From Octopus bimaculoides (lineage: Eukaryota), in the NCBI RefSeq assembly GCF_001194135.2, contig NC_068991.1, positions 74,206,760-74,244,935 of the forward strand: a stretch of 38,176 nt of DNA, in the 5' to 3' direction. A program made the translations under genes and the position numbers. Position 1 is the stretch's first letter; each line of letters begins with the position of its first letter. Shown piece by piece: positions 11,107 through 23,432 of the stretch. A model generated the notes under the pieces. It saw nothing but the letters and a program-made list of their open reading frames with translations, was not told where the DNA came from and did not search any database.

Positions 11107-11255
11107 ATGCAGCATAAAATACCAACCAACTAACATGACCTACAAGAAATAGCACTTTCATTCTGGCAAGCAAGGGCAACAACTCAGGGCAGGTTTTATT
11201 CTTATTTGACCTCTTTTGTAAAGTGGTGATGATAAAGTTTCCCATTTGTATAAAC

Positions 11256-11350
11256 AATAAGCACTAGGCTTAAAAATAAGAACTGGGGCCAATTTGTTTG
11301 ACTAAGGTGGGTACCTCAGCATGGCTGCAGTCCAGGGACAGAAACAAGAA
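11256..11350 (+). mobile_element. Family B tail fragment
   Basis: AATAAGCACTAGGCTT..CAGCATGGCTGCAGTCC..GAAACAAG. Confidence 0.7.
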
Positions 11351-11930
11351 GTATAAGATAACTTTGATCTTTGGCTTTTAGCTTCCTGTAATGGTAGTAC
11401 TGATAAGGAACTTCAATGTTCAAGTGTTTAGTTTATTGATAACATCTTTGTTTTGTAATCTTGTGTTTATCATTTATTTTTTCCATTGTTATCAGAAGAA
11501 AAAAAAAATGAAATAGATCATTTTTAATTTTTAAATGAATTTAGATTAACTAATGTTAAAATCTCAAGTTATGTCATGCTGAAGAGTCCAGAAAAAGGAT
11601 GAAATAGTGTTATCCATGTCTACCAGAGATTTTAAGGACTTTATCTCATGAAAAAAAAAAAAAAGAATAAGGAAATATATTTACTCTTTTGATAATGATT
11701 TCTCAACATAAGAAAAATAAACTTAGAAGTGATTCTCTATCCTTCAGAAGCAATTTCCAATAATTCTACAGAACCATTTATCGTTACCATGGAGATGAAC
11801 AGTAATAGGGTTAGTGACGATTTTAAGGAGAGAGATGCATCAAATATGCTAAAAACCTACTTTACTGCTAAGTTTTTGTGCAGCAGGAGCATTTGGACTT
11901 AACAGTAAAGTAAATATGCTTTTTATTTTT

Positions 11931-12475
11931 ACTTGCACGTTAATTTCACGAGCAGGCTGTTCCGTTGATCGGATCAACTGGAACCATGACGTCGTAAGTG
12001 CCAACAACAATAATAGAAGACACTTGCTCAAGGTGCCATGCAGTGGGACTGAACCCAAAGCCATGTCGTTGCAAAGCAAACTTCTTACTCTTTTACTTGT
12101 TTCAGTCATTTGACTGCAGCCATGCTGGAGCACCACCTTTAGTCGAGAAAATCGACCCAGGACTTATTCTTTGTAAGCCTAGTGCTTATTCTATCAGTCT
12201 CTTTTTGCCGAACCACTAAGTTACAGGGACATTAAACACACCAGCGTCAGTTGTCAAGCGATGGTGGGGAGGGACAAACACAGACACACAAGCACACACA
12301 TATATACATATATAAGACGGGCTTCTTTCAGTTTCCGTCTACCAAATCCATTCACAAGGCTTTGGTCGGCCCGAGGCTATAGTAGAAGACACTTGCCCAA
12401 GGTGCCACGCAGTGGGACTGAACCCGGAACCATGTGGTTGGTAAGCTAGCTACTTACCACACAGCTACTCCTGTA
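11931..12475. mobile_element. SINE stack: family A tail (+, 11931-12010), B core fragment (-, 12015-12090), full-length B (-, 12090-12475)
   Basis: Direct visual identity with the other A and B copies. Confidence 0.85.
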
Positions 12476-13306
12476 CCTATCTTAGTCAAGAAATTTTCAT
12501 TAATATTATCACCTTAGTCATGAGAACAATGATTACACAGCATATCAAGTACGCTAACATCCATTTTACTATTGAGAGAGAGAGAGAGAGAAAGAGTTAG
12601 TAGGGCATGGAATCATGCAGTCATTGAATCTGCTCACTGTAGAAGCTTAATCTTTCTCTCTGATCTTTCTTTACTTATGCCAAAATGAGAGCCATATGCT
12701 CAAAGACAAAGAAATCTTTAAACAATATGTTCACAACTGGAACATGATGGCCAGAACAGGGAGGGGACAATGGAGAGAAAAAAAAATTTTGAAGGAAGTT
12801 AACCCATTTGTGACCAGTACACACTGCTTAATTGTTTAATAAACAATCAAGTATTTGGAGAGATTTAACAACATTTCATTATTAAGCAGCTGTTTCGAAC
12901 ACAACAAAAGACTTCATACACGAATTGGTTTGTTATTGAGCTCCAGCATGGCTGTAGTTTGGACTTTGGGGTTATTTTCCTTTTGGAAATTTTTTCTTTT
13001 GAATTCTATCATATTGACCCCAGTAATAATTTCAATCTGGTACATATTTTATCTTTGTTTTTTGTATCTGGTTTACAACATTCTTATTTTATCAATCTCT
13101 ATTTACCAAATGGCTAAGTTACTTTTTGATGTGGGTGAACTGAAAGTATTCTTTTTTTACTAGAAATCGGTACAAATACTTTCCACTCTAATTGAAGGCA
13201 TTTGTTTTAATTAAAGATATACTGACAGCACAGCTGGGCAAGACTGGGTGTCAAGCTCTTCAATAGCATTGCCCTACCCCTACACTATTATACACAAGTG
13301 ATCGTC

Positions 13307-13675
13307 AGCATCGTCGTTTAACGTCCGCTTTCCATGCTAGCATGGGTTGGACGATTTGACTGAGGACTGGTGAAACCAGATGGCTACACCAGGCTCCAAT
13401 CTGATCTGGCAGAGTTTCTACAGCTGGATGCCCTTCCTAACGCCAACCACTCAGAGAGTGTAGTGGGTGCTTTTACGTGCCAGTCACGTGGTACTGGCAA
13501 CGGCCACGCTCAAAATGGCGGTTTTTCACATGCCACTTGCACAGGAGCCAGTCCAGCGGCACTGGCAATGACCTCACTCGAATGTCTTTTCATGTGCCAG
13601 TAAGGCGACACTGGTAACGATCATGCTCAAATGGTGCTATTTACATGCCACTGGCACGGAAGCCAGACAGCTGCT
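13307..13675 (-). mobile_element. Family C element with 3-4 internal modules of about 50-65 bp
   Basis: Starts CATCGTCGTTTAACGTCCGCTTTCCATGCTAGCATGGGTTGG. Has repeated GGTGCT(T/A)TT(T)AC(G/A)TGCCA..ACTGG(C/T)AA modules. Confidence 0.85.
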
Positions 13676-13692
13676 GATATGTAGTTTATTTT

Positions 13693-14012
13693 GAAGAAGA
13701 AAGAACAGTAACTGGCCATGACACAGAGGGTCATGGAAGGATTCATACTGGGAATATTGTTGCAGAAGCATTTTCCAAAACGAGGTAATTCAAGAGCAGA
13801 GAGGAGTGAATGAGGTGACGATGGAATACTAAAAAGAAAAGTTCTGTTGGGCCAGACATGTTACAAGGTTCACAGACAACAGGTGGACCTGTGCAGTTGT
13901 GTTGAGTTGGGTCCTGGAAGAGACAACTTGGAAGATCTCAAAGACAAATAGAAGATGACATAGTGTCAAACAATTCGGGCCTAGGTGGGAAAGGGTGCTA
14001 TCAAGGGAAGAA
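13693..14012 (+). pseudogene. RTE-clade LINE ORF C-terminal fragment (frameshifted, with stops)
   Basis: Translates as TQRVMEGFILGI, then NEVIQEQRGVNEV..KFCWARHVTRFTDNRWT..FGPRWERVLSREEWK. This matches the RTE C-terminal pattern WAGHV.R..DNRWT..R.W. Confidence 0.8.
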
Positions 14013-15008
14013 TGGAAACGCATTGGAAATAGAAGTGTATAGGGATATGATTTCTACAGTTTCTGGGCTACAAAATTCCATTTATAAGACTTGGTGCAAT
14101 CCAAGGATACAGACAAAAAAAAAATGCTTGTCTGAGATGCCATGTGATGATATTGAACCTGGAAGTACCTGGCTATACCTGGACATTGAGGTATAATATA
14201 CACTCATGGGGATCTGTATGTGTGTGTGTGTATTGTATGTATGTATTTGTGAATGTGTTAAATGCCTTGATTACCTACCCACAATGCAACTGTTTCAGAT
14301 TCAACATAGAATCTAAAGCCAAGTCACATCACTCGCCAAACAAGTCCAACACCAAAGAAGCATTTGAAGTATTTAGCAATTTTCTTGGGGGTGGGGATGA
14401 TGATCATCTTGAGGAGTGAGGATGGGGCTCCAACTGTAACATTTGTTCATTATTCTAGATTTTTTTTTGCCTTGTTGTTTAAGTAACGCAGGAATCTCGA
14501 GAATCCAAGGGTTGGTTCTGTACATATCCACACAATTCCTCCTTTAGGTAAAAGTGGGGGAAGGGTTCTTACATGAAAAAAAAAAAGAGTGATAACAAAA
14601 CCATCCCAGAAATAAATAACCCCCAGATGTCCACAGAAATAGTTTCCTACTCGAAATATCTCTGAGGCAACAACAAGGAAGATTTTTGTTTTATCTTCTC
14701 TCACACGATACCATACTTCTAAAATAACCGAAAGGACTGCCTCATTTTCTTAATTTGTGGCATTTAACCATTAACAGTAAATACATAGACATACATACAT
14801 ATCTCTAAATGGAACAATATACTTCCTATATAAAATGTGGTTGATGAATGACTAAAGACGTTAATCAGTGATGACTAGTTAAACTTTAAATATCCTCAAT
14901 GAAGCTAGATTTCCCGTTTGATATATTTGTTATTGTGGATGTTTAGCCCCATCCAGCAGACCAACGATATAAAGTATTCTGTCCTCGAGTCCAGTATTGC
15001 ATTGTGAT

Positions 15009-15366
15009 GCAGGCTATAGTTATGCAGCTAAGAAGCTTGCTTTGGAACCACGAAGTTGTGGGTTGAGTCCCCACTGCATGGCATTCGGGCAAAAGATCTT
15101 GAACGATAGCCCTGAGCCGACTAATTGTCTTGAGAGTGAATTTGGTTGAGGGAACCTGTGTGAAACACAAACACACACATACATACATACATAGTGTGTG
15201 TGTGTGTGTGTGTTGGTTTGCTTACATCCCTGTAATCTAGACACAGAATACGTTCTCGGTTTAAAAATGGATACTGGTGACAATTTGCTTCGACTAAACC
15301 CTTCAGAGCGGTGCCCCAGCATGGCCGCAGTCCAATGACAAACAGGTAAACGGTAAAGAAGTAAAA
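15009..15366 (+). mobile_element. SINE family B, full length, diverged
   Basis: AAGAAGCTTGC..GGGTTGAGTCCCACTGCATGGCA..GAATTTGGTTGA, internal (CA)/(GT), then tail GTGCCCCAGCATGGCCGCAGTCCAATGAC. Confidence 0.85.
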
Positions 15367-15589
15367 GTCCTAAGAGTGTGATTTGAGCGAGATTTGGCTG
15401 ATATTTTTAGCAGAACAAGCGACCAGGTAGAAGCCCGTTCCTGTGACTTTATATGAAATACCGATCGATAATAAATACAAAAGCTGGGAGCTTCGAGAAA
15501 CAGAAATAAATCAACTGCATAGAAGCTCGTTAGATGGACTGTACCCCTAATTCAAAAAGTGTGCAGTCCTCCTGTCGCTGACTGTCGTA

Positions 15590-15835
15590 CTTTGCTTGAG
15601 AAATCTGTTCCTAATGAACACACGTGTCTGTCGAATGCTCGGCCAATTACAGGTTAATTGAAGAGCAGGTAACTCAGTTGATCGAACAGATCAATCCTTT
15701 CTGTCGAACAACGGATATCCACCATGTGCGCGCGTGCGTGTGTTCTGTTTCAGTCATTTGACTGCGGCCATGCTGGAGCACCGCCTTTAGTCGAACAAAT
15801 CGACCCCAGGACTTATTCTTTGTAAGCCTAGTACT
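15590..15835. mobile_element. Diverged family A tail (+) adjacent to a family B tail fragment (-, 15746-15835)
   Basis: ACACGTGTCTGTCGAATGCTCGGCCA..GTTGATCG; TGTTTCAGTCATTTGACTGCGGCCATGCTGGAGCACCGCC. Confidence 0.7.
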
Positions 15836-16050
15836 ACACACACACAATACCGATTTTGTTTAACCTTTAGTTCTGAAAGCCTCTGCGGGTAAGTGATTCT
15901 TTTCGAACCAGGATTGCTGACCTCTGAGGTAAACAAATCTTAAATTAAATATAAAAAATTAATTAATTCGGTGAATTACAGATATCAGAACATTAATATA
16001 AATGATGCAAGTTTATTAATACGGTACAGTGGAAGGAACCAGTAAATTGG

Positions 16051-16175
16051 TCAGGCAAGCGCGGGAATCTGAAATTCCTGCAGATTATAAGAAGCTTCGA
16101 AACCATCAGCGTCCAGAAAATCGGACACTTTCTCTTTATTGTGACCAGACATAGCTTCATTGAACATGTCACCGC
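16051..16175 (-). CDS. Candidate terminal coding exon of an unidentified gene: (x)GDMFNEAMSGHNKEKVSDFLDADGFEASYNLQEFQIPALA*
   Basis: Acceptor ..ACTCCAG|GC with T-rich sequence upstream, a 40-codon open frame of natural-looking composition, TGA, and AATAAA 34 nt downstream (plus-strand 16012-16017). Protein not recognised. Confidence 0.4.
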
Positions 16176-16401
16176 CTGGAGTATATATATATATATAAAA
16201 TAATGATAATACAAAGAATAGATATGCATGTATACACACATATATGTACATACTTACGTCTACATGTGTATATAGATGCATATCAGGGTACAGGATGTTA
16301 GAAAAATGAACTACAGACAACGGAACGAACACAGGAAAACAGATAGCCACATGGAATTATTCCTTCATCAGCTGCCTCTATTCTAACTAGGCGTTTCGAG
16401 A

Positions 16402-16434
<33 letters not shown>

Positions 16435-16913
16435 GTATGTATACATACACAGTGTGTGTGCGTGTGTAACCGAGGCATAAATTCAAAAGCGAGAGAAATA
16501 GGAAGAGAAAGAAAAACTACTTCGTTCACGATTTGACAAAACAAAGTTTATCTAAACGACAATGTAGAAGTGGGTGGTCTATGAGTGGAGTATGGGAGTG
16601 TCGTCAGGTATTCACACGCACAGTGGTATTTGGTGAATTGTCACCAGAGATAGCGGTGACGGAGTCGGGGTGATATTTACGATCGGTGAATTCCACTCCC
16701 TAAAGTTGGTAGTCAAGGTGACCAGTCAAATCAGCCTACGACTCAAGATGTTCGACGACTAATGTGAATTAAGAATATACACGCACACATTGTATTTATA
16801 CAAGGAAATGGTTAGACGATGATCACGCCATTTGTTTGACAAACTGAACTATACCCATCTACTCATTGAATTATAGTGAGTGTCTGAGAATTCAGTTCTA
16901 CAAGTTTCCTCAT

Positions 16914-17115
16914 AGTTTCCGTATGTCAGGTTGGAAAGACTTTGGTGGTGGTGGAGGGGGCGGAAGTCTTGCCGTCAGGTTTCACTCACAAAGGTTGGGT
17001 AGAAGCGAGGCGAATTGTAAAATACATTAGGCCAAGACGCCCACGCACGGGATCGAACTTGATAATTCGCGATAGCTAAATGAACTTCTTCGTCACCTAA
17101 CCCGGACATGCCTGC
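16914..17115 (-). mobile_element. Old, diverged family B-like SINE (a second one at about 17845-17975)
   Basis: TTCACTCACAAAGGTTGGGT..CCAAGACGCC..GGGATCGAAC..GAACTTCTT. Confidence 0.55.
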
Positions 17116-17439
17116 TTCTACATGTACATACATACGCACAAACACACCCCGTATACACAGACTATCTACTGTTCATAAATACTAATATAACACACACACA
17201 CACACACACATACACCACTTAAGAGGAAGTAAAATATCTAAAAAAGAGAAAGGAGGGAGGAGGAGGCAGAGGTATAAGAACTGTCAGAATACCTTACTCG
17301 AAGTGACTAACACACACACTGAGTGACGCATGCACACACTAACACTCACAGCCATTTGGTCAGGTGAGTGTAACTCACCATTAATTTGGTTATTCAAGGA
17401 TTTTGGGTTGGTGTACACTCACCGAATTAGTCAGAGACA

Positions 17440-17618
17440 TAGAACATGAGAGTACAAGAGAGGGGGGTGAAGGGGCGTTGGTGCAGGGGAGGAGACTGTC
17501 TGGAGAATGAAAGAGGAGAGGGATGAAAGGGGAGAGATGTAGGAAGAGAGAGCGAGAGAGGAGTGGTCAGAGACAAAGAAATAGAGGAAAAGCGAAAAGA
17601 AAAAAGAGAGGAGGAAGT

Positions 17619-17658
<40 letters not shown>

Positions 17659-17760
17659 AAATAGCAGAGAGGTGAAGCAGAAAGAGACAGAGAAAAGATC
17701 GAAGAGAGAGATGGAGAAACGTGAGATAGTGGGAGAGAAGACAAGACAATAGATGTATCG
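17440..17760. repeat. AG-rich low-complexity tract including (GA)n
   Basis: Direct reading. Confidence 0.9.
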
Positions 17761-18199
17761 AAGCAATGAGACTCGTAGATTTCGATAAACGGGTATTTCT
17801 TTTCGATGAATGAAACTGTGGACACTGGTACTTCATCTGTTCGACAGATATTACCATGGTTTCTATGAATCCAAGTTCCATTTACAAGGCTTGGGGTTGA
17901 CTCGGGGCTATGGGATAGGAAACACTAATTGAAGGTGCCGTGGGGCCGATTAGGAAAACATTGTGAAAAGAATTTCGTAACCTAATACTCGTGCATTGTA
18001 TTTAAAAAAAAAACGGAACGTAATTACTGAATTGGAAATTTTGCCATGATCGAGGTTAACTGCACACTTAACTGGCAACGCAACAACAGCAGTGATTGAG
18101 TAAAACCTGGGGGAACTAGCGATGGTTTATGCCGGAAAATAAATGAATACAAATTATTCTGCCTTGAGGAGGAAGTTGGACACTGTGATTAAGATTGTT

Positions 18200-18540
18200 T
18201 CTGAAAAGACATAGCTTCGGGTTCAGTCCTTGTATGTGACACTTTTCTTTAGCCTCGGGTCGACCAAACCCTTGCGAACGGATTTTGTAGACAGAAAGTG
18301 AAAGAAGCTAGCCATGTGTCTCGTTTTCTTGACATGTGATAGTTGTAAGCGAGTGACACCGGCATTTAAGTGGTGGCCTTCATTTTCAATCTTTAAGGTA
18401 AAAATGTCCAGCCATGGAAACGGGTGATTTTGGTTGATGACAGGAAGGGTATCATCCGGTTGTAGAAAATCTTCCTCAACGAATACCGTCTGAACAATGC
18501 AAGCATCGTTAAAATGGACGTAAAAATGATGATGAGGAAT
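18200..18540 (+). mobile_element. Family B head/core joined to an alternative (GAT)n-ending tail
   Basis: GGGTTCAGTCC..AGCCTCGGGTCGACCAAA..GTAGACAGAAA, then GACAGGAAGGG..CCGGTTGTAGAAAATC..GGACGTAAAAATGATGATG. Confidence 0.7.
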
Positions 18541-18699
18541 ACGGTGGAGGAAGCCAAGTCGAACGCTTCAGATGGGACGTTTCGTCACAATGTTAAATAA
18601 ATATCTATCATTAACCACCTGAACTCTGACGCAGGATTCTATAAGAAACGTTAGTTCTCTTCCTTCTCACAGTAAAATAATAGATTCCATTTTAGAAAC

Positions 18700-18961
18700 A
18701 ACTGCAAATCTTGGACGGAGAGGACCCTCTAACACCATACAAATGGATAAGCTTGCAGCAAATACTAACTGCAACGTTCTGTTCTCCCTATCTTTCCACC
18801 TCTTCTGCCGTTATTACAGTGGTTTCTCTTCTTCAGAGATAGCTGATCACGTGCCACTTCCGTTTAGGTCCACCCGACTCTCGTCACGCGTATTGCCCGT
18901 TTCCATTCTCAAACGTTGCTCTATCCACCCCACCCAGTCATTCCTCCTAGTGGTGGAACGT

Positions 18962-19001
<40 letters not shown>

Positions 19002-19130
19002 TAGCCTTACGCGGTGAACATGACACTCTTTTGACTGTAGAAAGCAGACACAGGTTTTACTTCCATGCCTGAAATTTCTTCCCTCTAACTCTACTTCAGA
19101 TTAAACTATAAGAACAAGATCAGAACAGGA
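18700..19130 (+). pseudogene. CR1/Jockey-group (Zenon-like) LINE ORF 3' end, interrupted by poly-T at 18962-18999
   Basis: The ORF track gives LFCRYYSGFSSSEIADHVPLPFRSTRLSSR..QSF, matching the SLFYRY..G.CSSE....P....TR.S..SF pattern of these LINE C-termini. Confidence 0.65.
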
Positions 19131-19429
19131 ACTCCCATAAACAGGTGGTAACTCAGCTGTGATGGCCTGTACGACTACGATGAAGGTGGGGAGAGAGAGG
19201 AGAGAGAAGGACCAAGCCTCGATGGACTCCCTACCTTCAGGCTAAAATTCATCGCTGACCTAATTGCTAACTGTCAAGTGTAGTCCACATACCCTGTGCT
19301 ACGTCACTGCTACTTGCTCTCGGAAACGCCTATCCGCTTGAATGCCCCCCCCCCCACTCTTCACGTTCTTCGTGAAGCTGTTAAATATGTCCACTGAAGG
19401 AGAACGGCAACCACGTTGATCATAATGGT

Positions 19430-20350
19430 CCCGGAGGAAAGGATTGGAGGATTGCGAAGGTCTTGACAACACAGCTCTTTCCTCCAAGGTGAAAGACAGC
19501 AGCGACAAACGAAAGGTAGATTAACAAGTGATCCGAAACACCTATAGTTAAAAGCAATGCAGCTTTTAGTTAAACGTAATGTATCCAACGAGTCCCACTT
19601 AATACAAAAGGACAACTTCAGGATTTGGAGTTGATTTGACTGCTATTTACCTTTAACGGGTTTAACGGCAGTTGGATGCTTCCTCGTTAATATAGTTGGG
19701 ATCCCGCAGAATTTCAGAATAAGCACGCACACCCATAACGGGTGGTTATTCCGAAAATCCGCCTGGTAAATTAATTACTAGCTATCTTAGAATGAACAGG
19801 AGTGGTTGTTGTAGCAGTAGAAGCCATTCCAGTCGGCAAGAGCTAACAGTGTGACGAAGAGCAAAGCTTTGCAAATTAGCCGGTTTGACTAATCGATTCT
19901 CAACCGGAATTTCTTCAAGGCATGGCCATAATAGCACACAAGACTGCTATCGATTCAATAAAAGACTAGATAATAGGAATCGAAAATACATTGTAATTGA
20001 GATGATCTTGATAAAATAGGGTCTACAGCTTAAACATTGCTTTACAGTACTTTGGCGGAGTTCTGGAACAGCTATCACTACCTGACAAGGAAGGAAAAGG
20101 GCAGGAAATTGGGTGTTTTTTTCTTTTTTCTTTTTGTAGTGTTCCTGTGCTTCATACAACGGGAACTGCTTGTAGTTCTGAAAGACTTTTCGCCCAAAAT
20201 GTTCAAATTTTTCTCTCAAATAGTCCACCCTCATTTCTGTCCTACAAATCCCAACCGTGATAAAAATCAATTCCATTTACAAAATGTTCGATTCTTTCAA
20301 CAATATTCCGCCACTTCACAAATCTATAAAATTGTCAAATGTGCTCACTC
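19430..20350 (+). pseudogene. Heavily decayed CR1-like RT remnant
   Basis: Motifs in the expected order across frameshifts: KDWRIAKV (cf. EDWR.A.V), LITSYL.MNRS (cf. WI.SFL..R), RLFAQNVQIF (cf. KLFADD.KIF). By-eye only. Confidence 0.35.
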
Positions 20351-23300
20351 ATCAATTTCCTCTGACGGTACCCCCACTACCCTGCCACTAACAAGAAAAA
20401 AAAAAAGCCACACATTTTTACCACATGCTATTTCATAACTAATATTAGAGGATTAAACTTTTCTTGGGGACATCTTTGTCTCTTTTAAAAGAGTACAACT
20501 ATCATTAAAACGTCCTTTTTTATTGCTATTTCGAATTCATTTAAATTAATTCATCACCGATTGTTTAAACCCTGTTGACAGGAACACAGTTGGAACGCTG
20601 AAACGATTCCTGAAAATCAAATAACACACATGGAATTGGAAACCGGATCGTTGAATTTGTGTCACCGGTAACTCAAATTCGCACGAATTCATTGCTTAAG
20701 GTGTCAGTTCATCGTTTGAACTGAAGGCAAAAAATATCATTGGAGACTGATACAAAACGTAAAAAAAAAAAGAAAAATGTACATAGGAAGAAAGACGAAA
20801 AGGAATGATGGCTACGTAAGTATGTTACACCCAATTTTTATAATACAGTAGTTTGTCTGCCAACAATTTCTCATGTTAATGAGACAAGCGTGATCGCCAG
20901 GTATATGCGGAGCGTGCGATAAAAGCTTTGTTTCTGCAGTTGCTGAAAAACCTTTGATTAATAAAAGAAGAGGGAAAATTTCTCATGGATGAAAAAAAAA
21001 AAATGAAAGAAAAGAAAAAACGAACGAAAAAAGTAATAAAATAGAGAGAGAGAAAGAAAAATCAGCAGAACGGTAAAATAGAGGAGCAGTTTGACTCAGA
21101 TATGGTGAGTTGATATGAGAGCTACCAAGAAACTCCCTAAATGTCAGTCATTATTACATAGCTAAGGATATACCGCATATATATATATATATATATATAT
21201 ACCCTTACAATATAAACGCCTTTTAAAATGAACCAACGAGGAAGTATTTAGGTGAGCACCCGGCTTGCTAGAAATAACAGCTAAGCATAATTCAAACAGA
21301 CTCAGTGATCCGGTTTCCAATTCCATTTATGTCATTTGAGTTACGGGATCGTCTCCGTGTTCTGTCCCCTATTCTTTCGTGTCAGTAGTGCTAAAACAAT
21401 CTAAGATGAATGCAACTAAATTCGAATTAGCAATGAAATAGAAAATGGACATTCGATGATGATGAATGTTGTGCGGATAAAAAAGGGGTAAAGATGACCC
21501 TAAGAAAAGTTTAAACCAAAAATAGTTTGTCACGAAACAGCATATGGCGGTTAGTGTTTATTGATGTTTAACGATAACGGGATAAAACAACTTTGACTGG
21601 ACGCCTTTTTACATTTTTACAAAGAAACAAAATAAAAAGGAAGGATACCCTAGGATACAATGTAGTCATAGACAGCCATTCCACCAGTAAAAGACTGGAT
21701 GGTCAAGACTAGAATGTCTTTGGCCATAGAACCGCTTAATGATCGTTGAGCTGAGGCAAAACAACCTTTTTTAAAAGGACCATTGAAAAGCTACGTAGGA
21801 TGGGACCAGAATCTACTGCATAATATATAGTAGTAGTTTAATATCAAAAATCTAAAAGAGCCACGAAGACAGCGGCAAGAGATTATTCAAGCTAATTTGC
21901 CTTAAATGTCAATTAACAAATTAAAGAGAACATAAAATTAAAGACTGTTACGAAGGAAAATAAGAGGGTTTTTTTTTTTTAGTTTTCCTTTCAGTTTATT
22001 TCATCAGAGAGAGAAAATATGAGAAACCGGGCCTAGAGCAGCCTCGCCTATGTCATCATCATCATCATCAACGTCTGTTGTGTGTGATTATATATGTATA
22101 CACATATATATGTAATGTTCACTTAACCCCCTACCAGTTGGGGGAAAAGATGCTATCAGTTGGATTATAAGGGACTTGCTGCAATCAGATAAGTGTTAAT
22201 ACTTGGAGGAGATTAAGGATTTTCTAAACCGAGAGCAATTACGAACGAAGCCTTACTGTTGTATCAGCAGAAAATGTTCACTGAGAGAGAGAGACAGACA
22301 ATAAATAGACCCAACAATAGAAGAACTGTTTTTTCTTTTCCTTCAGTGAGCAACGAGAAAGGATTGGATTAAAACCAATCACAAACTAAGTCGGGAGGCA
22401 TTTTATTTTCAACGTCCTGATATGTTCAAACACCATGCTGCAACTAACGAGTGCTCAACCGGCCACAAATAGCAACCGAATCTCTCGGTATCGTCTTCTG
22501 GATACATTATGTAATGTATTTTAAACACCCACCCCCACTCGCCAGACATGATGGTCACAGCTGGAATGCTTTTTGATCAATAGGTTTGCACAATCAGAGT
22601 TGTTCTGGTGCTAAATAACAGCCACTACAGCAACATCAAGTGATCGACTCTTATTATTTTAAATGAAAAAGGATGGAGAAGTATGTTGGACAACGATGTC
22701 TCTTCTCATATTGGGTAGTGAAGTTGTTAACTGACCCCTTGCACTCGCCGGTACAGTGGTGGCAGCCCAGAAAAACTGATTATCTTGTAACATTCAATAA
22801 TTATTTCTATTTAACTTACTTAAAAAAATAAAATTACATGTGTGCAATGTTTTAAAATTTAACTATAAAAAGATATTTTTTAAGAGTTTGAATATTTAAT
22901 GAATGAAAAGTAACAGATAATCACTCGCTATTTTTAATTAGCTATTATCCAAATAGCTGATCAATACCGAAGACTTGGTAGATCGAATTAATGTATGCAT
23001 TATGTGAACATGTTCCTTGGGAAGAGATACAATAATGTGTATGTGTATGATAGTTTAACATTTTTTTTTAGTTTAAAAGGAATTATTATAATTTTAAAAA
23101 CATAACAAGCGCGAAGTCCAAGCGTGAGAACGAATATCAAAGAGGAAAAAAATGATCGCATGAACAATAGGATAAAAGAGGAGTAATATGAATCATTAAT
23201 ATGAAGCGAAGCAACAGAGAAATAAGAGCCGGTGACGAAGTTGACAAAATGACGATCCCTTCCTTAACTACTGGCAGATGAGAAACTAAAAAATATTAAA

Positions 23301-23378
23301 TAAAATAACGACAATAAAAGCGACAAAGCCGGCAACAAAAGGAACTCATCTATAACCATCTCCATCACCACCACCACT

Positions 23379-23432
23379 ATGGATCGAGCTTTCTTTTTTA
23401 CTGTAGCTCTACTGCTACCATCATTGTCTCTT
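23379..23432 (+). CDS. Candidate first coding exon encoding a signal-peptide-like MDRAFFFTVALLLPSLSL
   Basis: Strong start context (ACTATGG), charged n-region plus hydrophobic h-region, and a GTAAGA donor in phase 0 at 23433. No partner exon confidently found. Confidence 0.3.

Noticed and set aside
16345-16400. Hammerhead-like words (GAAAC and CTGATGA on the minus strand); similar Penelope-like words at 34485-34520 and 38005-38040
   Set aside because: Stems I-III cannot be built, and the CUGANGA core is broken at the latter two sites. These are at most retroelement tail remnants.
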